A stretch of DNA of 64,000 bases, taken from positions 160,001 to 224,000 of the forward strand of contig CAVUXE010000035.1 in the NCBI GenBank assembly GCA_963745235.1, given 5' to 3'. The notes below the pieces were generated by a model. The model saw only the letters and a program-made list of their open reading frames with translations, had not been told where the DNA came from and made no database searches. Within the stretch, counting starts at the first letter, position 1; every line of letters starts with the position of its first letter. Shown here piece by piece: positions 18,894-27,701 of the stretch. This DNA comes from an uncultured Spirochaetota bacterium (GTDB taxonomy: Bacteria; Spirochaetota; Spirochaetia; SZUA-6; Fen-1364). The position numbers and the translations under genes are program-made.

Positions 18894-20727
18894 GGCGGTT
18901 TCGACGGAGACCGATCTCCTTCGCCTTGCCCACGTGTGCCTGGACTACGGGCAGGTGGAGGCGCTCAAGGATGTCAACCTTGTGCTTCGCGGTTCGACCG
19001 TCCACGCCATCGTAGGTGAGCACGGGGCGGGGAAGTCTTCCCTCGGGATGGTGATCAGCGGCAACGTGCGGCCGCGCCGGGGACACGTGGAGCTGGACAA
19101 CCGGCGCTTCGACTCCCTCACCACCCGCACGGCCCACCGGCTGGGCATCGAGATGGTCTACCAGCAGGTGCAGCTCAACACCTTCTTCACGGTGGCGGAG
19201 AATATCTTCTTCCTGAACAAGTCACTGGCGCGGCGCGGCCTGCTCAGCCAGCGGCGCCTCGCACGCGAGGCCCAGACATTCCTTGACCAGCAAGGCTTCA
19301 ACCTGGACCCGACCGAGGTCGTCAAGAACCTCAACCTCCCCGACCGGGTCCTCATCTCCATCCTTGCGGCTCTGCAGAAACGGCCCCGGCTCCTCATCCT
19401 GGACGAAGCGCTGGAAAAGCTCTCTTCTTCGGATTTGCCGAAAATCATGCGCGCGCTGAACCAGATGAAATCCGAGGGGATGGCAATCCTCTTCATCACG
19501 CACCGCATCGACGACGTGTATGATCTTGCCGACCGGGTGAGCATCGTGAAAAACGGGGAGATCCTGGTGACCGATGATGTCGGACACATCGACAAGATGA
19601 ATCTCCTGCGCCTGACATACACCCAGGTCTACTCCCTGGAAAACGCCGGCAACCGAAAGCGGGAGTTCAACCAGTTCCTCAAGTACAACGAGGCGGTCCT
19701 CCTCAATCTCCCGGTGAACCTCATCGTGGTCGACGGGGAAGAGCGGGTGAAGATCGTGAACGAGCGCTGCAAGGGGTATTTTCACCTTGGGGACGCTCCT
19801 ATCGCCAACCAGCCCCTGGAGAGGCTTCTCGGTGCGGAGAACCAGGAGACCCTCTCGCTCATCCGCGAGGCCTTCCGGTCCGAGGAGGGGAACGCCTTCT
19901 ACCATGTTCCGCTTGCCATCGCGGGGGACGACACCGTGAACAACGTGCGGACGCTTCCGATCTACGACGAGGAGCGGCTCATCGGGAACATCATCATCAT
20001 CGAGGACATCACGGAGTTCGACAAGCTGCAGAAACAGGTCATCCTCTCGGAGAAGCTCGCCTCCGTGGGGCTCCTTGCCGCGGGGGTGGCGCACGAGATC
20101 AACAACCCCCTGGAGATCGTCTACAACTACCTCAAGTACATCAAGTACTCCTTCGATGACGCGAAGCTCCATGAGACGGTGGACGAGCTGCACGAGGAGA
20201 TCACCTACATCGCGGGGATCGTTCGCGACCTCCTGTCCCTCTCCGGCACCGCACAGGTCCAGAGGGAAGGGATCGACATCAACGAGATGATCAGGAGCAC
20301 CGTGGGCCTGCTTCGCCACAGCGCGCACGAGAAGCTCATCACCATGGCATTCGGCTCGCAGGAAAGGGAGCTGACCCTTACGGTCAACCGGAACGAGATC
20401 AAGCAGGTGATCCTCAACCTCGTGAAGAACAGCTTCGAGGCCATGCCGGGCGGCGGGCAGATCAGCATCGAAACCTCGCGGGCGCTGGACGAACGGGGAC
20501 GACCGTGCGCTTCGATCGTGTTCAGCGACACGGGCCCCGGGATACCGGACGCGAACCTCACCAACGTCTTCATCCCTTTCTACTCCACCAGGAAGGGAAA
20601 GGGGGATCACGTCGGGCTTGGTCTTTCCATCTGTTACGGGATCATCAAGCGCCATGACGGGAGCATGAGCGTGAGGAACCTGGAGCGCGCCGGGTGCCGC
20701 TTCACCATACGGCTTCCCCTGCCATGA
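18877..20727 (+). CDS. Hybrid sensor: ABC ATPase domain + PAS + histidine kinase (HisKA-HATPase_c)
   Basis: GEHGAGKSS, MVYQQ, LILDE, FITH; PAS segment ending IEDITE; AHEINNPL, NLVKNS, DTGPGI, PFYST, GLGLSI; one uninterrupted ORF, no hydrophobic segments. Confidence 0.92.
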   Translation: MVSTPEAVSTETDLLRLAHVCLDYGQVEALKDVNLVLRGSTVHAIVGEHGAGKSSLGMVISGNVRPRRGHVELDNRRFDSLTTRTAHRLGIEMVYQQVQLNTFFTVAENIFFLNKSLARRGLLSQRRLAREAQTFLDQQGFNLDPTEVVKNLNLPDRVLISILAALQKRPRLLILDEALEKLSSSDLPKIMRALNQMKSEGMAILFITHRIDDVYDLADRVSIVKNGEILVTDDVGHIDKMNLLRLTYTQVYSLENAGNRKREFNQFLKYNEAVLLNLPVNLIVVDGEERVKIVNERCKGYFHLGDAPIANQPLERLLGAENQETLSLIREAFRSEEGNAFYHVPLAIAGDDTVNNVRTLPIYDEERLIGNIIIIEDITEFDKLQKQVILSEKLASVGLLAAGVAHEINNPLEIVYNYLKYIKYSFDDAKLHETVDELHEEITYIAGIVRDLLSLSGTAQVQREGIDINEMIRSTVGLLRHSAHEKLITMAFGSQERELTLTVNRNEIKQVILNLVKNSFEAMPGGGQISIETSRALDERGRPCASIVFSDTGPGIPDANLTNVFIPFYSTRKGKGDHVGLGLSICYGIIKRHDGSMSVRNLERAGCRFTIRLPLP

Positions 20728-20781
20728 GAGAGGCCGCGGCGCCCGTCAAGGAGGACGCCGCGTCTTCCTCTGTTCTCTCTC

Positions 20782-21654
20782 CTAGCGGAACAGCTGCAGG
20801 ACCGTCTGCGGTTTCGTGTTTGCCTGCGCCAGCATGGCGGTTGAGGACTGCACAAGGATGCGGTCCTTCACGAACTCCACCATCTGCGCCGCCATGTCGG
20901 TGTCCCTGATCAGGCTCTCGGCCGCCTGGAGGTTCTCCGCGCCGACAGCCAGCCCCTTCATGGCGTACTCCAGCCTGTTCTGGTAGGCTCCCAGGTCCGC
21001 CCTCTGCTTGTTGACGAGCCTCAGGGCGTGGTCCAGCACCCCGATGGCCGCGTTGGCGTGATCCGGGGAGGACAGGGAGATGAAGGTGGCGTTGGCCGGT
21101 AGGCCGTTGGCTCCCTGGATCCCCAGCCCCTGGGCGGTCATGGTGCCGATGTACACGCGGGTTCTCTGGTCCATGTTGGCCCCGATCTGCAGCCACATGC
21201 TGCCGGTGACCGCGTTCTCTCCCGTGGAGCGGGCGAAACGGCCGGTGAGCATGTTCATGCCGTTGAACTGGGCGTGGGAGGCGATGCGGTTGACCTCTGC
21301 CACGAGGGCGGAAACCTCCACCTGGATCTGCATACGGTCTTCGTCGGAGTAGATGCCGTTGGAGGCCTGCACCGACAGCTCGCGCAGCCTCTGCATGATG
21401 TCCTGGCTCTCCTGGAGGTAGCCTTCCGCGGTCTGGATGAAGGAGATGCCGTTCTGAGCGTTGTTTTCCGCCTGGCGGAGGCCGCGGATCTGGGAACGCA
21501 TCTTCTCCGAGACTGCCAGCCCGGATGCGTCGTCCCCCGCGCGGTTGATGCGCATGCCGGACGACAACTTCTCCATGTCCTTGTCCCCCTGGATGTTATT
21601 GAAGAACAACTGGCGGTCGGCGAAGAGGGCGCTCATGTTGTGATTGATGACCAT
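20782..21654 (-). CDS. flaB: Flagellin, spirochaete periplasmic flagellar core protein (FlaB class)
   Basis: MVINHNMSA...[31 protein letters not shown]...QIGANMDQR...[12 protein letters not shown]; short 290-aa form. Confidence 0.95.
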   Translation of the reverse strand: MVINHNMSALFADRQLFFNNIQGDKDMEKLSSGMRINRAGDDASGLAVSEKMRSQIRGLRQAENNAQNGISFIQTAEGYLQESQDIMQRLRELSVQASNGIYSDEDRMQIQVEVSALVAEVNRIASHAQFNGMNMLTGRFARSTGENAVTGSMWLQIGANMDQRTRVYIGTMTAQGLGIQGANGLPANATFISLSSPDHANAAIGVLDHALRLVNKQRADLGAYQNRLEYAMKGLAVGAENLQAAESLIRDTDMAAQMVEFVKDRILVQSSTAMLAQANTKPQTVLQLFR

Positions 21655-21677
21655 CGAATCCTCCTTGAACGTACGGG

Positions 21678-21697
21678 CCCGGACGTCCCTGTCCGGG
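21678..21697 (-). promoter_or_regulatory. CsrA-type hairpin in the flaB 5' UTR
   Basis: mRNA CCCGGAC-AGGGAC-GUCCGGG: 7-bp stem with an ANGGAN loop; second GGA in the SD. Confidence 0.7.
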
Positions 21698-21713
21698 GAT
21701 GCACTCTCTTCAA

Positions 21714-21740
21714 TGGTCGGAAGATTTCAGGGATGTATGA
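21714..21740 (-). promoter_or_regulatory. Putative sigma28 promoter of flaB
   Basis: TCAT-N15-TCCGACCA versus consensus TAAA-N15-GCCGATAA. Confidence 0.5.
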
Positions 21741-21806
21741 GCACGAGTGGCTGGTACTTTTGGCCGGGAAACCGTACAATCCTGCCAGCGAGAGAGGAGG
21801 AAAGGG

Positions 21807-22016
21807 ATGAGCGGAAGTAGCGCGGTGGTTGGCGGGATCATTTCGCTGGTGCTGTGCGTTGGTTCGGTTCTGGCAGTGTTCCTGAACAGGGTTAATCATC
21901 CACGTCGTTTCATATTCTTCATCGTTCTTGCTGCCATCTTCCTTGTTGCGGGGATCTTCCTGCTCGTCAGGGGGAAAGCGGGCGGGACGGGGAGCGCGCC
22001 AGCAGCGTCCAAATGA
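21807..22016 (+). CDS. Small two-TM hypothetical membrane protein
   Basis: RBS GGAGG, two hydrophobic helices; ATGA coupling to the next ORF. Confidence 0.65.
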   Translation: MSGSSAVVGGIISLVLCVGSVLAVFLNRVNHPRRFIFFIVLAAIFLVAGIFLLVRGKAGGTGSAPAASK

Positions 22017-22210
22017 TCGCCTGGCTCGGAGACTGGGTCGGCTGGGGCTGGGGGATAGCCCTGGTTGTCTGGCTCCTGGGCACGGCCTTCATACTGTTGT
22101 TTGTCGACAGGCTCTTTCGGAGCCGGCTCCAGACGGCTGTGGCCATGATAGTCTGGACGGTCCTTCTCCTGGCGGCAACGACGCGGATATTCGGGCTGAA
22201 ACCTCCCTGA
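22013..22210 (+). CDS. Small two-TM hypothetical membrane protein
   Basis: Hydrophobic, Trp-rich 65 aa; translationally coupled. Confidence 0.6.
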   Translation: MIAWLGDWVGWGWGIALVVWLLGTAFILLFVDRLFRSRLQTAVAMIVWTVLLLAATTRIFGLKPP

Positions 22211-22218
22211 CAGACAGC

Positions 22219-23805
22219 TCAGGGCGCTGCCGAGTTGCCGTTGACGAAGTTGTTGTAGTAGTACTCCAGTCCGTCCATGAGGGCCTGCCAGGAAGCTTCT
22301 ATTATGTTCTCATCAACGCCGACGGTATCCCATGACTGTTCGCCGTCCGAGGTCGTGATGAAAACCCGCACACGCGCTGCCGTGGCCCGCTCCGGGTCCA
22401 GCACCCTGACGCGATAGTCGGTGAGCTTCAGCTTCTCAAGGAATGGATGCAGGGGCAGCAGGGCGTCCTTCAGAGCCGCGCTCAAGGTGTCCACCGGACC
22501 GTCACCCACGCCGGCCCCCATCAGGAGGTTCCCGTTCACCCGGACGAAGATCCGGCCCACGCTCTTGGGAGGGGTCCCCCCGGCCTTGTAGTTTTCCAGG
22601 TGGTAGTTGCTGAGCTCGAGCAGAGGCGTGTATGTCTTGAGCACCTTCCTGATCACAAGGTCGAAGGAGGCTTCCGCCGCCTCGTACTCGTAGCCAACCT
22701 CCTCCAGACGCTTCAGCTCGTCCAGCAGCCGGGTGACTTCCTCCGAGTTCTTGTCGAAGTCCCCGTACCGGGCCAGCTTCTTGATGATGGTTGCCTTGCC
22801 GGCAAGCTCGGAAAGGAGCACGCGGCGCTCGTTGCCCACCAGGGCGCCGTCGATGTGCTCCATGAGGTGGGGTGCCTTGCTGATGACGTCAGCGTGCTGG
22901 CCGCCCTTGTGTGAGAAGGCCGCTTCCCCCACGTACGGCCAGCGCTTTTCAGGGATGATGTTCGCCTTCTCCGCCACGAAACGCGAGAGCATGGTGAGGT
23001 GCTTCAGGTTTGCGCACGCGGTGGCTTCCCGCTTGAGCTTGAGGCACAGGGTGGGGATCAGGATGCACAGGTTGAGGTTCCCGCATCTCTCCCCCCAGCC
23101 GTTGATGGTTCCCTGGACATGGATGGACCCTTTCTCCACGGCGACCAGCGCGTTCGCGACTGCATTTCCTGTGTCGTCATGAAAATGGACCCCGATGGGC
23201 CCCAGCTCGGCCATCGGCAGCTCATCCAGGATCCGGGCCACCTCGGAGGGCAGGGTGCCGCCGTTGGTGTCGCACAGCACCAGGCAGTCCGCCCCCGCTG
23301 CCCGCCCCGCTCTCAGCACCCGCAGGGCATAGGCGGGGTCATCCTTGTAGCCGTCGAAGAAGTGCTCCAAGTCGAAGAATACCTCCCGCCCCTCCTTCTT
23401 CAACGTGCTGAGGGAGTCCCCAATCATGGCGAGGTTTTCCTCATCCGTGGTCTGGAGGACCTGCTTCACGTGCGCCCGCCACGTCTTTCCGACAACGATG
23501 ACCGTTGGGGTTTCGGCGTTGAGCAGCGCCGTGACCTGCGGGTCCGAGGCGGCTTTTCCGCCCGGCTTGCGCGTCGACCCGAAGGCGACAACGCGCGCGT
23601 GGCGCAGATTTTCCTTTCTCATGCGCTGGAAGAACTCGGCCTCCTTGCGGTTGGAAAGCGGGAACCCGCCCTCGATGTAGTCGATGCCGAACTCGTCCAT
23701 CGTCAATGCGATCTGGACCTTGTCCTCCAGTGTGTAGTTGATTCCCTGGCCCTGCATGCCGTCACGCAGGGTCGTATCATAGATGTGAACGCGGCTGCCG
23801 CTCAT
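22219..23805 (-). CDS. cimA: Citramalate synthase
   Basis: YDTTLRDGMQG, AFGSTR, VVGKTW, EHFFDGYK, CDTNGG, HFHDD, AFSHKGGQH, LeuA-type regulatory domain. Confidence 0.9.
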   Translation of the reverse strand: MSGSRVHIYDTTLRDGMQGQGINYTLEDKVQIALTMDEFGIDYIEGGFPLSNRKEAEFFQRMRKENLRHARVVAFGSTRKPGGKAASDPQVTALLNAETPTVIVVGKTWRAHVKQVLQTTDEENLAMIGDSLSTLKKEGREVFFDLEHFFDGYKDDPAYALRVLRAGRAAGADCLVLCDTNGGTLPSEVARILDELPMAELGPIGVHFHDDTGNAVANALVAVEKGSIHVQGTINGWGERCGNLNLCILIPTLCLKLKREATACANLKHLTMLSRFVAEKANIIPEKRWPYVGEAAFSHKGGQHADVISKAPHLMEHIDGALVGNERRVLLSELAGKATIIKKLARYGDFDKNSEEVTRLLDELKRLEEVGYEYEAAEASFDLVIRKVLKTYTPLLELSNYHLENYKAGGTPPKSVGRIFVRVNGNLLMGAGVGDGPVDTLSAALKDALLPLHPFLEKLKLTDYRVRVLDPERATAARVRVFITTSDGEQSWDTVGVDENIIEASWQALMDGLEYYYNNFVNGNSAAP

Positions 23806-23868
23806 CCCGCGCTCCTTCCGTGTCGTGCCAGAAGGTGTGGCATCCATCCTCCTTGTCGCATGATCTCC

Positions 23869-25413
23869 TCAGACAGCATCATCGCCATTCCCGCTCGCCT
23901 TTCGTGCCGCCAGGTACGCTTTCCAGCGATTGAGCGCGTTGACGTACGCCCGCGCGCTCGCCTCCAGGATGTCCGTCGAAGCTCCCCGTCCCACGAACTT
24001 CTTCCCGTCGATCTCAACGGATGTGCTCACCTCTCCGATTGCCTGCTTGCCGGGCGTGACCGCCTGCACGACATACTCCAGCAGCTTCGTGGTGAGCCCC
24101 AGGGACCTGTCGATTGCGTTGAAGATGGCGTCCACGGGTCCGTCCCCGGTTGCGGCCTCTTCGTAGCGCTCACCCCCGGCCACTATCCGCACGGTCGCCG
24201 TCGGCACGGCAAGGTTTCCCGACTGGATGTTGAAGTAGTCCAGGCTGTAGGTCTCCGTCTCATGGCCCAGCTCGTCGGCCACGATGATGTACAGGTCGTC
24301 GTCGTAGACTTCCTTCTTGCGGTCCGCAATGGTCAGGAACCTCTCATACGCCTTTTTCAGCTCCTCCTCGGTCAACCCGATTCCAAGCTCGCCCAGGCGG
24401 TTTCGAAAACCGTGGAGGCCGGAGTGTCTGCCCAGGACCAGCTGGCTGGCGTCCCGGCCGACGGACTCCGGAGTCATGATCTCGTAGGTTTCCCGGTTCT
24501 TCAGAACGCCGTCCTGGTGGATCCCTGACTCGTGGGCGAACGCGTTCTCTCCCGTGATCGGCTTGTTCCGCGGAATGGGGAATCCGATGGTGTTTGCCAG
24601 GAGGCGCGAGCTGTTGTAGATCTGCTTCGTGTTGACCCCCGTTGTGTAGGGAAGCCGGTCCTTGCGGACCGCGAGGGCCATGACGAACTCCTCCAGGGAC
24701 GCATTCCCCGCCCTCTCCCCGATCCCGTTGATGGTCACCTCCACCTGGCGGGCGCCAGCCTGGACGGCGGAGACGGAATTGGCAACCGCGAGACCCAGGT
24801 CGTTGTGGCAGTGGACGGAGACGATCGCCTTCGCGATGTTCGGCGTCCCCTCGAAAATCCGCCTCAGGAACTCGGAAAACTCGTCCGGCACCGCGTACCC
24901 CACGGTATCCGGGATGTTGATGATGGTGGCCCCGGCATCGATGACCTTCTCTATGATCCTGCACAGGAAAGGGACCTCGGATCGCGTGGCGTCCTCGGGG
25001 GAGAACTCGACCTCTGCAACCTTCCTGCGAGCGTGGCGCACCGCGCTCACGGCCATCTCCACCACGTCGTCCGGGTCCTTCCGCAGCTTGAACTTCATGT
25101 GGATGGCGGAGGTCGCAATGAAGGTGTGGATCCGAGGGTGCGCGGCCTCATGGATGGCCTCCACGGCGCTGTCGATGTCCTTCTCCAGGGCGCGGGCAAG
25201 CCCCGCGATGGTGCAGCTTCTCACCTGGCGCGCAATGAGACGGCACCCTTCGAACTGGTGCGGTGAGGAGATGGGGAAACCCGCCTCGATCACGTCCACC
25301 CCGAGGCGTGCGAGCTGCCGGGCGATCTCCAGCTTCTGCTCCACGCTCATGGAGGCGCCCGGTGACTGCTCGCCGTCGCGCAGCGTCGTGTCGAAAATCT
25401 GTACTCTTTCCAT
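23869..25413 (-). CDS. leuA: 2-isopropylmalate synthase
   Basis: FDTTLRDGEQSPG, HCHNDLG, GERAGN, FAHESGIHQDG, GDGPVDA. Confidence 0.95.
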   Translation of the reverse strand: MERVQIFDTTLRDGEQSPGASMSVEQKLEIARQLARLGVDVIEAGFPISSPHQFEGCRLIARQVRSCTIAGLARALEKDIDSAVEAIHEAAHPRIHTFIATSAIHMKFKLRKDPDDVVEMAVSAVRHARRKVAEVEFSPEDATRSEVPFLCRIIEKVIDAGATIINIPDTVGYAVPDEFSEFLRRIFEGTPNIAKAIVSVHCHNDLGLAVANSVSAVQAGARQVEVTINGIGERAGNASLEEFVMALAVRKDRLPYTTGVNTKQIYNSSRLLANTIGFPIPRNKPITGENAFAHESGIHQDGVLKNRETYEIMTPESVGRDASQLVLGRHSGLHGFRNRLGELGIGLTEEELKKAYERFLTIADRKKEVYDDDLYIIVADELGHETETYSLDYFNIQSGNLAVPTATVRIVAGGERYEEAATGDGPVDAIFNAIDRSLGLTTKLLEYVVQAVTPGKQAIGEVSTSVEIDGKKFVGRGASTDILEASARAYVNALNRWKAYLAARKASGNGDDAV

Positions 25414-25967
25414 TACTCTCTCTCCTTCTTCTGACCTGTTCTCCCGCCCCGTGTGGTGCGCCGCGCCGGCCCCGCGCCCGGCAACGGCGTCTTCCTGCTC
25501 CTCTCCAGGGAGACGAGCCCGCTTCTCGCCATCTCCACGAGCCCGTACGGCGTGAGAAGGGCGATGAAATCGTCGATCTTTTCCGCCGAGCCTGTCAGCT
25601 CCAGTGACATGGTGTCGTGCCCGACGTCCATGACCTGGGCCTTGAAGACATCCGCAACCTGGAATATCTCCCCCCTCTGGGAGGGCTTCGCGCTTACCTT
25701 GACCAGCAGGAGCTCCCGGTGCAGCGCGGGAAGCCCGGTCAGGTCCGTCACGCGGATCACGTCGATGAGACGGTTGAGCTGCTTCTTGATCTGCTCAACG
25801 ATGAGATCATCTCCCTGGCATGCCAGGGTGATCCTCGTGACGGTCGGATCAGCCGTCACGCCGGCAGTGATGCTCTCCAGGTTGTAGCCCCTTCCGGAGA
25901 AGAGCCCCGCGATGCGCGCCAGCACGCCCTGCCTGTTTTCAACGAGCATGGAGACAATATGTTTCAT
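25413..25967 (-). CDS. ilvN: Acetolactate synthase small subunit
   Basis: LVENRQGVLARIAGLFSGRGYNLES ACT domain, EQIKKQLNRLIDV. Confidence 0.95.
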   Translation of the reverse strand: MKHIVSMLVENRQGVLARIAGLFSGRGYNLESITAGVTADPTVTRITLACQGDDLIVEQIKKQLNRLIDVIRVTDLTGLPALHRELLLVKVSAKPSQRGEIFQVADVFKAQVMDVGHDTMSLELTGSAEKIDDFIALLTPYGLVEMARSGLVSLERSRKTPLPGAGPARRTTRGGRTGQKKERE

Positions 25968-25976
25968 GTGTCTGTC

Positions 25977-27701
25977 CTATGCATTCATCATCTCGTCAAT
26001 GCCGGCGCCGGCGGGAACCATGGGCCACACATTTGCTTCCCGCGAAATGTGGAAGTCCAGGAACACGGGCCTGTCAGTCACCCTGGCCGCTTCCTCCAGG
26101 GCAGGGCGGATTTCCTCCGGCAGCGTAACCCTGATTCCTACGGCGCCGTACGCCTGCGCGAGCTTCACGAAATCCGGCGCGTACGGCGGGCAGGCTTTCC
26201 CCGGGTCCGCGCAGTCCGGCGGGCAGTCCACCGCGCGGTCGAGGCAGACCCCGGAGTAGCGCCGCGCGTAGAACGCCTCCTGCCACTGGCGCACCATCCC
26301 GAGATAGCCGTTGTTGAGGATGGCCACGATCACGGGCAGCTTTTCCGCAACCGCCGTGCCGAGCTCCTGGATGTTCATCTGGATGGAGCCGTCACCCGCG
26401 ATGTCGATCACCCGCTTCCCCGGGTTGCCCAGCTGCGCGCCGATTGCCGCGGGGAAGCCGTAGCCCATGGTTCCGAGCCCGCCGGAGGTGAGGAACGTGC
26501 GCGCTTCATGGAAGGTGTAGTACTGCGCGGTCCACATCTGGTTCTGGCCGACCTCCGTCGTGATGACAGCGTCCGGGAACGCTGCGGCTATGGAGCGAAT
26601 GACATGGCTGGGAGAGAGACCGCCGTTGCCGGGGACCTCCGCCAGGGGGTGCGTACGCATCCATTCCTCTGTCTGCGCCTGCCAGTCGCTGATCGAAGGC
26701 GCCGTCACGACGGGAAGGAAGTCTTCCAGGAAGAGTCCTGCGTCCCCGACAATGGGCACCTCCACCTGCACGTTGCGCGAGATGGAGGAGGGGTCGATGT
26801 CCACGTGCACCACCGTGGCGTGCGGGGCGAACTGTTTCAGGTTTCCCGTGGCCCGGTCATCGAAACGGGAGCCGATGGCAAAGAGGAGGTCGCAATTCTG
26901 GACCGCGATGTTGGCCGCGTAGGTGCCGTGCATTCCCAGCATCCCCAGGAACCGTGGATGATCGCTGGGGAGCGTGCCGATCCCCATGAGTGATGCGACA
27001 ACCGGAACCCCCGTGCGGGCAATCAGCTCACGAAACTGCCCGGAGGCGCCGGAGATGTTAATGCCGCCCCCCGCGTAGAAAAGGGGCCGCTTTGCCTCAG
27101 CCAGCACCTGCGCCGCCCTTCGGATCTGCAGGGGATGGCCGCGGTACACGGGATTGTACCCCCGAATGGACACGGACTCCGGGATGGGCTCCGCGGATGC
27201 CTCGGTCAGAACGTCCTTGGGAATGTCCACCAGCACGGGGCCGGGGCGGCCCGTTCGGGCGATGTGGAATGCCTCCCGGAGGATGCGCCCGAGGTCCTTC
27301 CTGTTGCTCACCAGGTAGTTGTGCTTGGTGACCGACCGGGAGATGCCCACGATGTCAGCCTCCTGGAACGCGTCGTTTCCAATCATGTTGCGGGAGACCT
27401 GCCCGGTGATGACCACGAGGGGAACGGAGTCGAAGTTCGCGGTTGCAAGGCCGGTGACCGTGTTCGTTGCTCCCGGACCGCTTGTCACCAGGCAGACTCC
27501 GACTTTTCCCGTGGAGCGGGCGTACCCGTCCGCCGCGTGCACCGCGCCCTGCTCGTGACGGGTGAGGACCAGCCTGATTTCCCTTTCTCCATACAGGGCG
27601 TCGAATGCCGGTATGACGACCCCCCCGGGGAAACCGAAGAGGACCTCCACCTTCTCCGTTTTGAGGGTCTCTACGAGAAGCGAGGCGCCGCTGCGTTTCA
27701 T
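25977..27701 (-). CDS. ilvB: Acetolactate synthase large subunit
   Basis: FGFPGG, RHEQGA, TSGPGATN, GMLGMHG, GDGSIQMN...NNGYLGMVRQWQ. Confidence 0.96.
   Translation of the reverse strand: MKRSGASLLVETLKTEKVEVLFGFPGGVVIPAFDALYGEREIRLVLTRHEQGAVHAADGYARSTGKVGVCLVTSGPGATNTVTGLATANFDSVPLVVITGQVSRNMIGNDAFQEADIVGISRSVTKHNYLVSNRKDLGRILREAFHIARTGRPGPVLVDIPKDVLTEASAEPIPESVSIRGYNPVYRGHPLQIRRAAQVLAEAKRPLFYAGGGINISGASGQFRELIARTGVPVVASLMGIGTLPSDHPRFLGMLGMHGTYAANIAVQNCDLLFAIGSRFDDRATGNLKQFAPHATVVHVDIDPSSISRNVQVEVPIVGDAGLFLEDFLPVVTAPSISDWQAQTEEWMRTHPLAEVPGNGGLSPSHVIRSIAAAFPDAVITTEVGQNQMWTAQYYTFHEARTFLTSGGLGTMGYGFPAAIGAQLGNPGKRVIDIAGDGSIQMNIQELGTAVAEKLPVIVAILNNGYLGMVRQWQEAFYARRYSGVCLDRAVDCPPDCADPGKACPPYAPDFVKLAQAYGAVGIRVTLPEEIRPALEEAARVTDRPVFLDFHISREANVWPMVPAGAGIDEMMNA

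Noticed and set aside
17396-19015. 539-aa ORF as the full regulator plus a separate 103-aa ORF at 18582
   Set aside because: Both are parts of one NtrC-type gene; the tail after ~18570 in the long ORF is out of frame and the 5' extension covers promoter DNA
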